From positions 682,001 through 746,000 of the forward strand of contig CBFFRQ010000068.1 in assembly GCA_965644315.1 (NCBI GenBank): a stretch of DNA of 64,000 nucleotides. Direction: 5' to 3'. Positions 23,088 through 34,192 of this stretch are shown in pieces (positions within the stretch are counted from its first letter, which is position 1; every line of letters begins with the position of its first letter). The DNA comes from Caecitellus pseudoparvulus (lineage: Eukaryota > Protista > Bigyra: Bicosoecida). The translations under genes and the position numbers were made by a program. The notes under the pieces are model-generated. The model did not search any database and was not told the DNA's origin. It was given only the letters and a program-made list of their open reading frames with translations.

Positions 23088-24058
23088 TCACTGGCCTTTC
23101 TTCACCTCGGGTGACATGTTCTTCCCGTCCTCAGGAACGCCTGGGTCAACTGCTTTCGTGGCTGACGCCCCACCAAAGGCCATCGGGAACACCTTGACCA
23201 AGATGAGGCCAAACCAGTACACCTGCATGGCGCACAGGATCGGAGGCAGCACGACACGCACACCCATGCGCTGGGCATCCTTGGCGTGTCCCCAGCTGAG
23301 CCAGTACGAAGCCACCGGCAGCAGCAGCACACGGACGAGCAAGAAAAGCAGGGTGAAGAGTGCAGCAAGCACCTTGTAGGCAGTGCTTTCCTTTTTCCCG
23401 GCCTTCATCAACAGCTTGCAACCAGTGAAGACGATGGTGGTGATCTCCGTGAGCAGGAACCAGGGCACCCACCGTGCCCCGAAGGAGTTGCGCAGGCCAA
23501 TGTCAACCAAAGCAATGCCGACGATGTGATGGATGAAGAAGTCCATGCTCTGCAGCTTCACGAAGCGCGGAAGAAGCATGATGAAGTCTGCGACAAAGTA
23601 CCCCATTGTCAGGCACACGACAGGCACCATCAGGGAATAGTCGGGCTCCTGGCCAAGTGGCGTCATGGCCTGCAAGTACAGACAGTACATGGAAGCAGGC
23701 ACCACGACAAGGTGGTGTGTGCAGCACGCCAGGTCGTTCTCCAGGTTGCCCTTCTGCAGCTTGTCCAGCTTGGTGTAGAAGGGCAGCAGTCGGGGAAGGA
23801 GGGCTGGCAGCACCCACGTGACAAGAACAAAGTGGGCCAGTGCCATTCCACCCCCAAGGGCAACCAGGAGCTCAAGTGGAAAGATGCTGGCGTATGACGC
23901 TGCGGGTTCCGAGGAGCCAGGAAGCGTTGGTGCTTGAAACGCGAGCGAAACTGTGCCAGACACAAGTGCCGCCTCTTACCGTCATCCAAAAAGGTCGGGC
24001 GGGTGAACAGCCGCTGAAACAGGTCATTAACACCCACAGGCGCGCTTGAGGCCGCCAT
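23088..24058 (-). CDS. TLC (TRAM-LAG1-CLN8) domain membrane protein; intron 23900-23979
   Basis: Multi-TM protein with GYFVADF, FFIHHIVG, LTEITT and LFTLLFLLVRV..QVYWFGLI. Confidence 0.85.
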
Positions 24059-24407
24059 TCCGGACCCTGTGGCGAAAGCCCGGCGTGTTCACGCCTTGAA
24101 GGGCGTCGGCGTGGTGGCGCACGCGGCTTCGAATGGTCCGCCTTGCAACGCAGAGGGGGGAGGGGAACAGGTTCGAGTTATCACAGTGTCGGAAAACGAC
24201 TGAATGTGAAGGAGAATGCTTTTGGTGGAAACATGGTCGTGTTGGAGGCTTTGATGAGCGGCTCCTACCATGGAAGCCAGGGCGCTTTCTGGCCAAGGCA
24301 GCTTGTTTGCGAGCGGGAGACAGCTGCAGGCGCAGCACACAATGTCAGGCGCGCCATGATTCGCCGCAGCCCGCTCACGGCCTTGAACACTCCACAGAAA
24401 GGCTGAC

Positions 24408-27400
24408 ATGGCGTCCAAGCGCCCCGCACCTGCACAGGCAGGGGCCGGAGGCAAGCGAGCCAAGTCCAGGTATGTGCCCAGCATGAAACGCCAGCGCTGA
24501 AGTCTGTGCCCTCATCCCCCCTGTGTCCGGCGCAGCTTTGTGGAAGAGCTCGGGGCTGAGTATGGCGATGGAACCGGGGCTTCTTCAGCTGTTGAATGGT
24601 CTCGGCCGCCTGCTCCTGTGCTGGATCCGACGAAGGACTCGTTGGGTGGGTCGGCGTGCCAAGCGGCATTTGAACGGCCAGAGGCACCCGGCACCCTGCG
24701 CCTGAGCCCGTTTGCGCAGCTTTCCAGTGGTTCGACATCGACATGTACGACGGAAACCCCCTGAGCTACAACCCCAACCGCAAGAAGAAAGTGCCTGGCA
24801 GTGCAACTGGCCCCGTGCCTGTCATTCGCGTGTACGGCGTGACTGAGGCTGGCAACTCTGTCTGCGCCCATGTGCACGGCGTGACGCCATACTTCTACTG
24901 CACCATGCCCAGCGGCTTCGAGCAGCAGCACGTGGGAGTGTGGCGGGCGACGTTGAACGCAGAACTGAAGCGGCGCGAGGGCACGCCCGCAGTGAAGAGC
25001 TTCCTGCGTGCGGCAGGCGTCATGTCTGGGGCGGCTAGGGGGGGCGAGGAGCTCGTGCGGGCGGTCATGGTGGTGGAGAAGAAGCAGAGCTTGTTTGGAT
25101 ACCATGGAGGCACTACCATGAGCGTGCTGCAAGTGTACATGGCCATGCCAGGCCTCGTGCCGGCCGCGCGGCGCATTCTGGAGGACGGGTTCACCGTGCC
25201 GGGCGTGGGCAGCCAGCAGTACCAGTGTTTCGAGGCAAACATGCCCTTCGTGCTGCGGTACATGATCGATAATGACGTGGTGGGGTGCAACTGGTTGGAA
25301 CTGCCGCCGGGCAGCTACGCCCTCCGGGCAGGCAGCGACACGGAGGTGGCCCGGTCCGCTGGGGGCCACTCTTCAGCCCGCGGGCACGGAGGCGGCAGCA
25401 CATGGGTGGCTGGGCGAGTGGAGCCAGGGAAGAGCCGTGCTGTCTCGTACAGCCAGCTAGAGCTGGATGTCGTGTACGACTCCATCATTTCGCACAAGGC
25501 CGAGGGGGAGTGGCAGAAGATCGCGCCCTTCCGCATCCTGTCCTTCGACATCGAGTGTGCGTCCCGCAAGGGGCACTTCCCCGAGGCGGAGCACGACCCA
25601 GTCATCCAAATCGCTAACACGGTCACCTTGCAGGGACAGACCACCTCCTCCATCCGCAACGTCATGGTGCTGCACTCGTGCTCCCCCATTGTCGGCGCGC
25701 AGGTTCTGACGTACGACAGGGAGGACGAACTGCTGAAGGACTGGGCGCGCTTCGTGAGGGTGTGTGACGCCGACATCATCACGGGGTACAACATCCAGAA
25801 CTTCGACATTCCTTACGTGCTGAACCGCGCCAAGGCGCTCAAGTGCGACGCGGACACGTGGCGCCTGGGCCGGCTGAAAGGCGAGCTGGCGCGCATGCGC
25901 AACACCACGTTCCAGTCCTCTGCACACGGCAAGCGAGAAAACATCGAGACGTCTATCTCGGGCCGAGTCATGTTCGATATGCTGAACTACATGCGCCGCA
26001 ACCACAAGCTCAGCAGCTACTCCCTGAACGCCGTGTCAGCGGAGTTCCTGGGGCAGCAGAAAGAGGATGTGCACCACAGCATCATCGCTGACCTGTTCCG
26101 GGGCGGGCCCGAAGACCGCCATCGCCTGGCTGTGTACTGTTTGAAAGACGCGTTCCTGCCGCAGCGCCTCATGGACAAGCTGATGGTGATGGTGAACCAC
26201 ATTGAGATGGCGAGGGTGACAGGGGTGCCCCTGGACTTCCTCCTGTCGCGAGGGCAGCAGATTAAGGTGCTCAGCATGTTGTTCCGCAAGTGCCGCCCCA
26301 TCGGCCTGCTGGTGCCGACGCTGAGGCGGGGCGGGGGCGCGGAGGAGTCCACCTTCGAGGGTGCCACCGTCATCGACCCCATCAAGGGCTTTTACAACGA
26401 GCCCATTGCGACGCTGGACTTCGCGTCCTTGTACCCTTCCATCATGATGGCACACAACCTGTGCTACTCCACTCTCGTGGCTCGAGAAGACGTGCCCCGG
26501 CTGGAGGCTGACAAGTACGCACGCACTCCGACGGGGGATGTCTTCGTGAAAGCGTCCACACAGAAGGGCGTGTTACCGGAAATTCTGGAGGAGCTCCTGG
26601 CTGCGCGCAAGCGCGCCAAGAAGGACATGAAGGCAGCCACAGACCCCATGGTGCGGGCAGTGCAGAACGGGCGCCAGCTGGCGCTGAAGATCTCCGCCAA
26701 CTCAGTGTACGGTTTCACAGGTGCCACTGTCGGACAGTTGCCCTGCCTCGCCATTTCGTCCTCCGTCACCGCCTTTGGCCGCACGATGATTGACGACACC
26801 AAGGCTGCCGTGGAGCGGCAGTACACTGTTGCCAATGGCTACCCCGCCGACGCCGTGGTGGTGTACGGTGACACGGACTCTGTCATGGTGAAGTTCGGCG
26901 TGCCTGACGTCGCCACCGCCATGAAGATGGGGGAAGAAGCGGCCACAGAGGTGACCAAGCTCTTCCCTAACCCTGTGCGCCTGGAGTTCGAGAAGGTGTA
27001 CTTTCCGTACCTGCTCATGAACAAGAAGCGCTACGCTGGCATGTACTGGACGAACCCTGAGAAGGCAGACAAGATGGATGCCAAGGGTATTGAGACTGTG
27101 CGCCGCGACAACTGCGCCCTGGTGCGCCAAGTCGTGTCCACTGTGCTGCGCAAGATCCTCAGGGACAGGTCTGTGGGGGAGGCAGTTGCCTACACAAAGC
27201 GAGTCATCGCAGACCTCCTGCAGAACAAGCTGGACATCAGCATGTTGGTCATCACCAAGGCCTTAGGGAAGGCGGCAGGGTCAGAGGGGTACACGGCCAA
27301 GCAAGCGCACGTGGAGTTGGCGGAGCGCATCCGGAAGCGGGACCCGGGCAACGCGCCTGCCGTGGGGGACCGCGTTCCGTACGTCATCATTAAAGGACCC

Positions 27401-27928
27401 AAGGGTGTCCCTGCATACCAGAAGTCTGAGGACCCTGTGTATGTGGTGGAGAACAGCATTCCAATTGACACGGAGTACTACCTGACAAACCAGCTGTCCA
27501 AGCCGCTCATGCGCATCTTTGAGCCCATCATCGAGAACCCAGAAAGCCTTCTGCGAGGGGAGCACACTGCGAAGGTATCGCGGGCAACGCCCTCGGCCAG
27601 TAAAGGCAGCATCATGATGTTTGCAAAGAAGAAGGAGAAGTGTTTGTTTCCCGGCTGCAACGTGCCATTGTCTGGCAGCAGCAAAGTGGTGTGCGGCAAC
27701 CACCGCGGGAGGGAAGGGGACGTGTACAGGAGCCAGCTGGGGGCTGCCAACGCTTTGGAGGCACAGTTTGCCAGGCTGTGGACACAGTGCCAGCGCTGCC
27801 AAGGCTCCCTGCACCAGGATGTCATTTGTTCCGCGTGCGACTGCCCTATTTTCTACATGCGCAAGAAAGTTGCCAAGGACTTGAACCACGCCCACACCAA
27901 GCTCGCGAAGTTTGACGTGCAGTGGTGA
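24408..27928 (+). CDS. POLD1: DNA polymerase delta catalytic subunit; introns 24470-24535 and 24646-24719
   Basis: SFDIEC, GYNIQNFD, LDFASLYPSIMMAHNLCYST, RQLALKISANSVYGFTGA, YGDTDSVMV, KGIETVRRDNC and CysB CQRCQG...C..DCPIFY. Confidence 0.98.
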
Positions 27929-27955
27929 GTGCAATACATTGTCCAGCCAGCCGCT

Positions 27956-30060
27956 TCACTGCGCACTGGCCATGTGTTGAAGCAAGGCTTCCTGCTGTGC
28001 GCGGGCACTGTCGATGGCGCGCCGCACTCCTGCCACTGCTGCAGCAGCACGTGCATGCTCCGCAGCTGCGGCTTCTGCCTCAGCAATGGTGCTGACGGGT
28101 GCGTCTCGCGCCAAGGCTTGCTTGTGCTGTTCCCGAGCCGAGTCCAGGGATGCCACGGCCTGTTGCAAGAAGGTCAAGGGGGGAGGGGCATCCCCGTGCT
28201 CTCCGTGCCCCTGCGAAGCCGCACCGGACCACGCAGACAGGGCTGCAGCCGCCTCTTGCGGGTCCCGCACAGCACCAGCGTGTAGCCCTGCAATGCCAAG
28301 GCAGACAACCGCTGAGGTTGTGCCACGTGGGACGGCCACTGCCCAGTGCACAGCACTAGTGTCGCCCTGGCCGGCCGGCATGGGGATGACCGTGGGCACT
28401 TCCACGCTCTGGATGCATGTTGGAGAAAGGAGAGCCGGTGGTCTGGGCGGGGGCGTCAAGGGCTGCCAGCCATCTGCTCTCGCCACCCGCAGCAGGCAGA
28501 GGGAGGCGCTGCCGTGCAGCAGCATGCCCTGGCTGGTAGCCCACGCTAGCGCGTCGGCGGCATGGTTGAATGCGATGCATGTATCCCCGCCTTGAGCCAC
28601 AGCCAGCTCTTCCCACGTGGAGGGGTGCGTTGTCGGGCTGGGGATGGGTGCGAGCAGCAGCAGGGGTGGCAGTGTGGAGGGGGGCTGCACTTGTGCCACG
28701 CTGTGCAGTGCGCTCGGCACCCAGGCTGTCGACGCCGGCACTGCAGGGGATCCCAGTCGCCGGCAGGCACTGAAATCCACAGCCCAATGTGTCTGAGACT
28801 GAAGCTGCTCAGTGGGGGCAGGCGAGGGAGCTTGCAGCTGGTGGGCTGCAGACTTGTACGCTGCTGTGAAGGGCTCCAACACGTCCACCCCTTGCTCGGA
28901 TGCAGCGTCTCGCCATGACTGCACAGCCTGGCGCTGCTCCACGGCAGATGTGTCTCGACTGTGTCCTGTCTGCAGGGCAGCTTGGCGCGCTGCTGCCCAG
29001 GCAGCAGTGCGGTCTTGCACGGCTTGTTGTGCTGCTGCAAGGTGGGTGTCTGCCTCGCTGCGAGCAGCATCTGTGCGCTGCAATTCGGCTTGCACTAAGC
29101 CCTCCCCCTCTTGCACGACATCCCACAGCGTGGCCAGGCTGGCCGACAGCTCAGCTGCAACTGCAGCGGCCTCCCTCCCATGTCGTGCCACTCGCGCGTT
29201 GAGGGCAGAGAACGCGTCATCATACTCAGCCTGCAAGGCCTGCAGCTCGGATTGCAGCTCATCACCAAGGGATAAGACTGCATCTGCACTGCTGCTGCGC
29301 TCATCGGGGGACACTTTTGCCTCGTCAATGATGGTGACTTGGGGAAGGGAAACCGTCACGAAGTGGCGATACCCATCCACTGCTGTGACGGGGCAGTCTC
29401 CGAAGTGGCTGTCACGGAAGCCGATGGACCTCAGGGCAGGCAAGTGGGCAAGCTTGTGCAGATGCTGCAGGTTGGTGATGGGGTTCCCGCCCACCTGCAG
29501 CACTTGCAGGGACACGGCGTGCTCCAAGCCTCCGCTGAGGTCCTGCAGGGCGTTGGCCTGCAGCCACAGCTCCCGCAAGTCGCCCGCGTTTTCCAACGCA
29601 GAAATACGGGTGAGTTTGTTGCCGTGCAGCCACAGACGCTGCAGCTTGGGGCAGCCCTGCAAGCCATCCATGGACGTCAGAGCATTGTTGTGCAAGAGGC
29701 AGTCCCGGAGGTTGGGCAAGTCCAGGCTGCCCAGGCTGGTGAGGTCAGCCTGCTCCGTGATGACCAAGCGCAGGAGTGAGTGAGAGACTGGAGCAAGCCC
29801 CCCCACCGCACGAAGGCCAGTGTTGATCACTGTGCACAGCGGGGTACGTGAACTGAGCCAGCTTGCGGAAATCGCCAACGGTAGGCTGGCTTACAAGTGA
29901 GGCTTCGCAAGCTCACGCAGCGCTCCAGGTTGCCGAGAGCATGGACAGGTGAAAAAATAATCTCAATTTCCTTTACGCCCTCCAGGTGTTCTTCCCCTGT
30001 CGCCTGCTTCAGGAGATCTTCACTGAGCATTGGGCCGGTCCCGGCCAGAGCGCCGGCCAT
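27956..30060 (-). CDS. Leucine-rich repeat protein, LRRC9-like N-terminus; intron 29830-29894
   Basis: SDS22-like LRRs (LQGCPKLQRLWLHGNKLTRISALE, LRELWLQANAL), an LRR cap FRDSHFGDCPV..YRHFV..LPQVTIID, then a coiled coil. Confidence 0.75.
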
Positions 30061-30202
30061 GCTCCGCAGACCGGGACAGCTGCAGTGCAGGTATCAGCCC
30101 AGACCAGAAGACAAAATAGAGGGGCACTAACTCAGCCGCAGCACGTGTGCTCCCAGAGTTCTTGGCAGTGGAGTTGTAGTCTGGGCAAGTTGGGCAGAGT
30201 GC

Positions 30203-33070
30203 ATGGCGGGGTACGGCACGCCGTCTGAGTCGTGCGCCTGCAAGGCGTTCACACCCCAGATTTACCGTCCGGGTTTGTGCGCCCTGTGCTTCGCGAGCAT
30301 CGCTGAGCACTTTGAGGAATGGGAGGTCGTGCCCGACACCAAACCGCCGGTGTACGTGAACACCAAGAACCCCAGCGAGACGCTGGGCGGCCGCATCAAC
30401 GAGCGGGACATGCAGTTGTTTCTCGGCAAGCTTCGGGAGAAGCGGCAGGCTGGCCTGCTCTCGCGCTCGTCCAGCCGGCACATCTTGTCTGGCACAGCAC
30501 AGTCTGGTATCGAAGCTTGGAATGAACGAGCACGGGCAGCCTCCGATGCTGCGCAGCCACCAGCCATGACGCGGCACCTGGCCCCCTCCATCGTGCACGC
30601 AGCTGGCGCTGGTGAAACGGCAGGCGGCGGCGCCTCAGCCCCCGACGCACTCCCAAGCCCTTCAGAGGGTGAAGAGTGCGCTCGAGAGGCACCCACTTCT
30701 CATGTTGATGTGGCGGTGCAGGGCAGTGTCGCACCCCCGCCTGCGCCAGCGGCACAGGAGCCCGCGACCGAACTTGCTCCAGTGGCACCCACCATGGCAC
30801 CGATTCAGGCGCCCTCGGCTCACAGCATTCGGGAGGATGCGCCGGCTGCCCTCGTTGCATTTGCAACAGGCGCCATGCCAGTGCCTGCCTCCACTGTCCC
30901 TGTGCAAGTGGTGCCGAAAGCGGCAGGTGGCCGAGACGAGGTGGAGCCTGGCACGAAATCTCCCTCCCCAGCTGCGGTGCCAGACCGCCCGGCAGAGGCG
31001 CTGGAGTCACCCACGACAGTGGTGACACAGCCCATTTCAGACAGCGCACCCGGTCCCCTTCCGGCTGCTGCCGCTGCTCCCACAGACACTGCAACCCAGC
31101 GTGGGCCGGCCTCTTCCCCACCCAGGGCAAGCTCTGGTGCCCAACCCTCTGCAGCGGAGCCCGCGCCAGCGCCTGCAGGTAGTGCAGACCCTGTAGCCAC
31201 TGAAACCGTGCAAGAAACCCCCGCTTCCACGCTCACGCCTGAGCAAGAGGCAGCGTCAGTGTGGATGCAGGTACACCACGCGCACCTCGGCGTGTTACCC
31301 CTGCGAAGTTGGGCAGAGGTGGACCTGCCACGATTTGCGGCGGGCCAGCACACAGTCACTGCCAGCGACGGCTGCCCCCACTTCCAGATCTGGCAGTGTG
31401 CGATGGAGGAGGGTGGACAGGTGGATGTGCAGCACATGCGGCCGCGAGTCCTACGTGTGTCACCTGTAAGTGTCTTGTCTGCAGCCTGGCAAGAGCAGAG
31501 ACCCAGCAGGGGCTGGGTGCAGTGGGAGCGCAGCTTGGCAGCGCTGACGTACGTTGGTGTGCAGCCATGGAGCAGTCTGGTGAGCCCGCAGGCCATCGGG
31601 CGCCTGCGTTCCCTGTCACAAGGGGCTGGCGCCGCCACGCCGCCCCCGCCTGTGCAGGCGGCGGGGGCATCTGGGGGCGAAGACAGCATGGGTGTCGTGC
31701 TGTGCTTCCGGTCTGACGCGCGCACCGACTCCTTCACCCGTGTCAAGCGCACGGGTGACACCGCCGCCCCTGCCGAGGGCGAAGCGCTCATGACTGGCGT
31801 GCTGTGGAAGCACAAGGAGTATGCTGAGGGGACGTGGAAGAAGCGAGCCAGCGGGCTGGTGGGCGCCATTGTGGGCCGCCCGCGCAGGGGCAGCCTCACT
31901 CAGGGCGGAAAAGAAGACCCTGGCTTCGGCTGGAAGAAGCGCTGGATGGTCTTGCGCTCCGACGAGCTTCTGTACTTCACAGGGCAGGAGGAGGCAGCCG
32001 CCGCCCAGGCCGCCGCCGCTGCTGCTGCAGAGGCTGCTGCGTCTGGGGACCTTGTCGAAGCAGAGCGCCTGGGCAGTGACGCGGAGGAGCCTGTCAAGGG
32101 GCGCATTTCCCTGTCCAGTTTCGTGGAGGTGGCGCCGTACTTTCCTGAGGGCGAGGAGGCCCCGCTGGACGGCGCCGGACTGCCGACGTCTGCTTCCTTC
32201 CTCCTGCGCACAGCCAGCACCTGCCACCAGCTGAGGGCGAGCAGCCCAGCAGAGGCACAGGCATGGATGCGCGCCATCATGCGCGTGGTGGCGTTCAAGG
32301 CAGCCCGTCTGCCCATGTACGTGCAGCTGTTGAAGTGCGCCTCGCCCCAGCAGGCAGCCAGTGTGGCCGAGAGCGTCAGCACAGCACGGGCAGCTATGCC
32401 AGACCTGGCGGTGCTGGACAGCTTGCGCGGGGCACCGCCGGCTGAAGTGCAGAGCACTCCACTGCCGAGCGCGCAGGCTGGCACCGACACGGGGGGCTCG
32501 CCGCCCGACCTGCTCACGTTCATGCGGGACACGGGGCTGGATGAGGCCACAGCCCGTGCACTCCTGGCCGACGGAGCTGGGGGTGGGTCAGTGGTGGGGC
32601 ACGATGGGCAGTACGATGCCGAGCGCGTCGCATGGTGCTACGTAGACGACGCTGACGTGATGCAGGGGCCCTACCTGGAAGCCCAGATGAGGGCGTGGGT
32701 GGGGGAGGGGTGGTTCAAGGAAAGCACCATGGTACGGTGCGCCAGCCGTGTGCTGGGTGTGGACTACGACGCGACGGCTGGGCAGGGCGGCGCCGCGGGG
32801 CAGTGCATGCTCATGAGCGTCGGCGACCTGTTCCCTGATGGCCTGGATACGGCGTTCGATGGCTCAGGCAGCTGGATCTCAGCGTACAACCTCAGCGCGC
32901 AGTACCAGCGCCTGGTCGCCGTGGCAGTTTCACTGGGCTGTTCAGGCCCCTCCGTCATGGCGGGCCTGCATCTGATGCAGGAAAGCACCTTGCCCCCTGA
33001 CTTGGGCCTGCTCATGGACATGATGCGGCAAGGGGAGGGAGCACCCCCCACCGAGGGCGCTGCACAGTGA
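30203..33070 (+). CDS. Multidomain adaptor: N-terminal C3H motif, PH domain with insertions, GYF domain
   Basis: CKAFTPQIYRPGLCALCFASIAEH; MTGVLWK..WKKRWMVLRSDELLYF..KGRISL..LRASSPAEAQAWMRAI (PH); WCYVDDADVMQGPYLEAQMRAWVGEGWF (GYF). Confidence 0.8.
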   Translation: MAGYGTPSESCACKAFTPQIYRPGLCALCFASIAEHFEEWEVVPDTKPPVYVNTKNPSETLGGRINERDMQLFLGKLREKRQAGLLSRSSSRHILSGTAQSGIEAWNERARAASDAAQPPAMTRHLAPSIVHAAGAGETAGGGASAPDALPSPSEGEECAREAPTSHVDVAVQGSVAPPPAPAAQEPATELAPVAPTMAPIQAPSAHSIREDAPAALVAFATGAMPVPASTVPVQVVPKAAGGRDEVEPGTKSPSPAAVPDRPAEALESPTTVVTQPISDSAPGPLPAAAAAPTDTATQRGPASSPPRASSGAQPSAAEPAPAPAGSADPVATETVQETPASTLTPEQEAASVWMQVHHAHLGVLPLRSWAEVDLPRFAAGQHTVTASDGCPHFQIWQCAMEEGGQVDVQHMRPRVLRVSPVSVLSAAWQEQRPSRGWVQWERSLAALTYVGVQPWSSLVSPQAIGRLRSLSQGAGAATPPPPVQAAGASGGEDSMGVVLCFRSDARTDSFTRVKRTGDTAAPAEGEALMTGVLWKHKEYAEGTWKKRASGLVGAIVGRPRRGSLTQGGKEDPGFGWKKRWMVLRSDELLYFTGQEEAAAAQAAAAAAAEAAASGDLVEAERLGSDAEEPVKGRISLSSFVEVAPYFPEGEEAPLDGAGLPTSASFLLRTASTCHQLRASSPAEAQAWMRAIMRVVAFKAARLPMYVQLLKCASPQQAASVAESVSTARAAMPDLAVLDSLRGAPPAEVQSTPLPSAQAGTDTGGSPPDLLTFMRDTGLDEATARALLADGAGGGSVVGHDGQYDAERVAWCYVDDADVMQGPYLEAQMRAWVGEGWFKESTMVRCASRVLGVDYDATAGQGGAAGQCMLMSVGDLFPDGLDTAFDGSGSWISAYNLSAQYQRLVAVAVSLGCSGPSVMAGLHLMQESTLPPDLGLLMDMMRQGEGAPPTEGAAQ

Positions 33071-33308
33071 ACAGGGTCTGTGAGTTGGAGCCATTAATTC
33101 ATCGTTCATGGCCTCCCCCCTCGTGCCTCCACTCCCCTTGTAGCCCTCCACTTCCTTGCTGCTCGCGATCGTCCCCCCGTGTGATTGCTGGCCAAGCCAT
33201 CGCACCACTTGCCACTGATCGTCTGCTTCGCGACAGGCCAGCTGCAGCCCACCCCTGCTTGGCAAGTCAGGCACTTCAGTCACCCGTTTGTATTATTGTT
33301 ACATAACC

Positions 33309-34088
33309 ATGTCTCAGTCTGTGCGTGAATTCGGCGGTGCGCCTGCGCCCATTTCCGCACAGCAGCGTTGCACCCGCTGCACCCCTTCTCAGGGAGGACG
33401 GACGACTGCAGCAGCCGTTGTGGCGGGACAGCCTGCCTTTAGCAGCCAGGACTTTCCCACGCTTGGTTCTCACCAGGCTAGCGGCTCCAGCCAAGCCGCA
33501 CAGGCCTCCACTTCTCACAAGGACAGTGGTGCTGGGGGAGACGTGGGGTCCTTCGGCATGGCAGGCTTGCTGGCCATGCCTACCACCGTGACCACCACAG
33601 ACCTGACCACCCTTGGATTGAACTTGACGTCTAGGTCACCTTTGCACCCCTCCTTTGGCTTGCCGTGGTCGGACGACCCCCAGGTGCAGGACCTGGAGGC
33701 GCCGATTCCCAGCTGCTTTGCCGTGTCGGCGCCTCCTCTGCGCACCGGCCACTTCAAGAAGTTCGGCGACGCAACGCTCATGTACATTTTCTACTGCATG
33801 CCTCGCGATACGCTGCAGCTGTACGCCGCCCACGAGCTGTATGCGAGGGGGTGGCACTATCACGTCGAGGCTCGCATGTGGTTCACGCCCACTGCCGACG
33901 CTCCCCAAGGGCAGTACGACTACTTCAACCTGTCCGCGTGGGACAAGCAGAAGTTTTCGTCGGACAACGCTGCCAACCTCCCCCGTGGCTTCCTGCCCGT
34001 GGCCGACTTGGGCCCACTGCCGTCTGTGGCGCCGGCAGCGGAGGGTGATGCGTCACAGGGCGGCAGCGGCGGGGGCGGCTCAAAGTGA
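33309..34088 (+). CDS. CNOT2: CCR4-NOT subunit NOT2 (NOT-box); probable in-frame intron 33321-33392
   Basis: QDFPTLG, FGMAGLL, DLTTLGLNL..LHPSFGLPW and KFGDATLMYIFYCMPRDTLQLYAAHELYARGWHYH...YDYFNLSAW. Confidence 0.9.
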   Translation: MSQSVREFGGAPAPISAQQRCTRCTPSQGGRTTAAAVVAGQPAFSSQDFPTLGSHQASGSSQAAQASTSHKDSGAGGDVGSFGMAGLLAMPTTVTTTDLTTLGLNLTSRSPLHPSFGLPWSDDPQVQDLEAPIPSCFAVSAPPLRTGHFKKFGDATLMYIFYCMPRDTLQLYAAHELYARGWHYHVEARMWFTPTADAPQGQYDYFNLSAWDKQKFSSDNAANLPRGFLPVADLGPLPSVAPAAEGDASQGGSGGGGSK

Positions 34089-34192
34089 CGATCACGGCAA
34101 ATGCAAGCGACACACCCGCATGCCCCACACCGCAGCTCGCAAACTGTGACTCACTTCCACGCCACTCCTCCGGACACGCCCAACCTGTCAAC

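Noticed and set aside
24165-24185. GGTTCGAGT resembling a tRNA T-loop/B-box (also GTTCGAA at 17901 and 15020)
   Set aside because: No T-stem, acceptor stem or cloverleaf can be formed.
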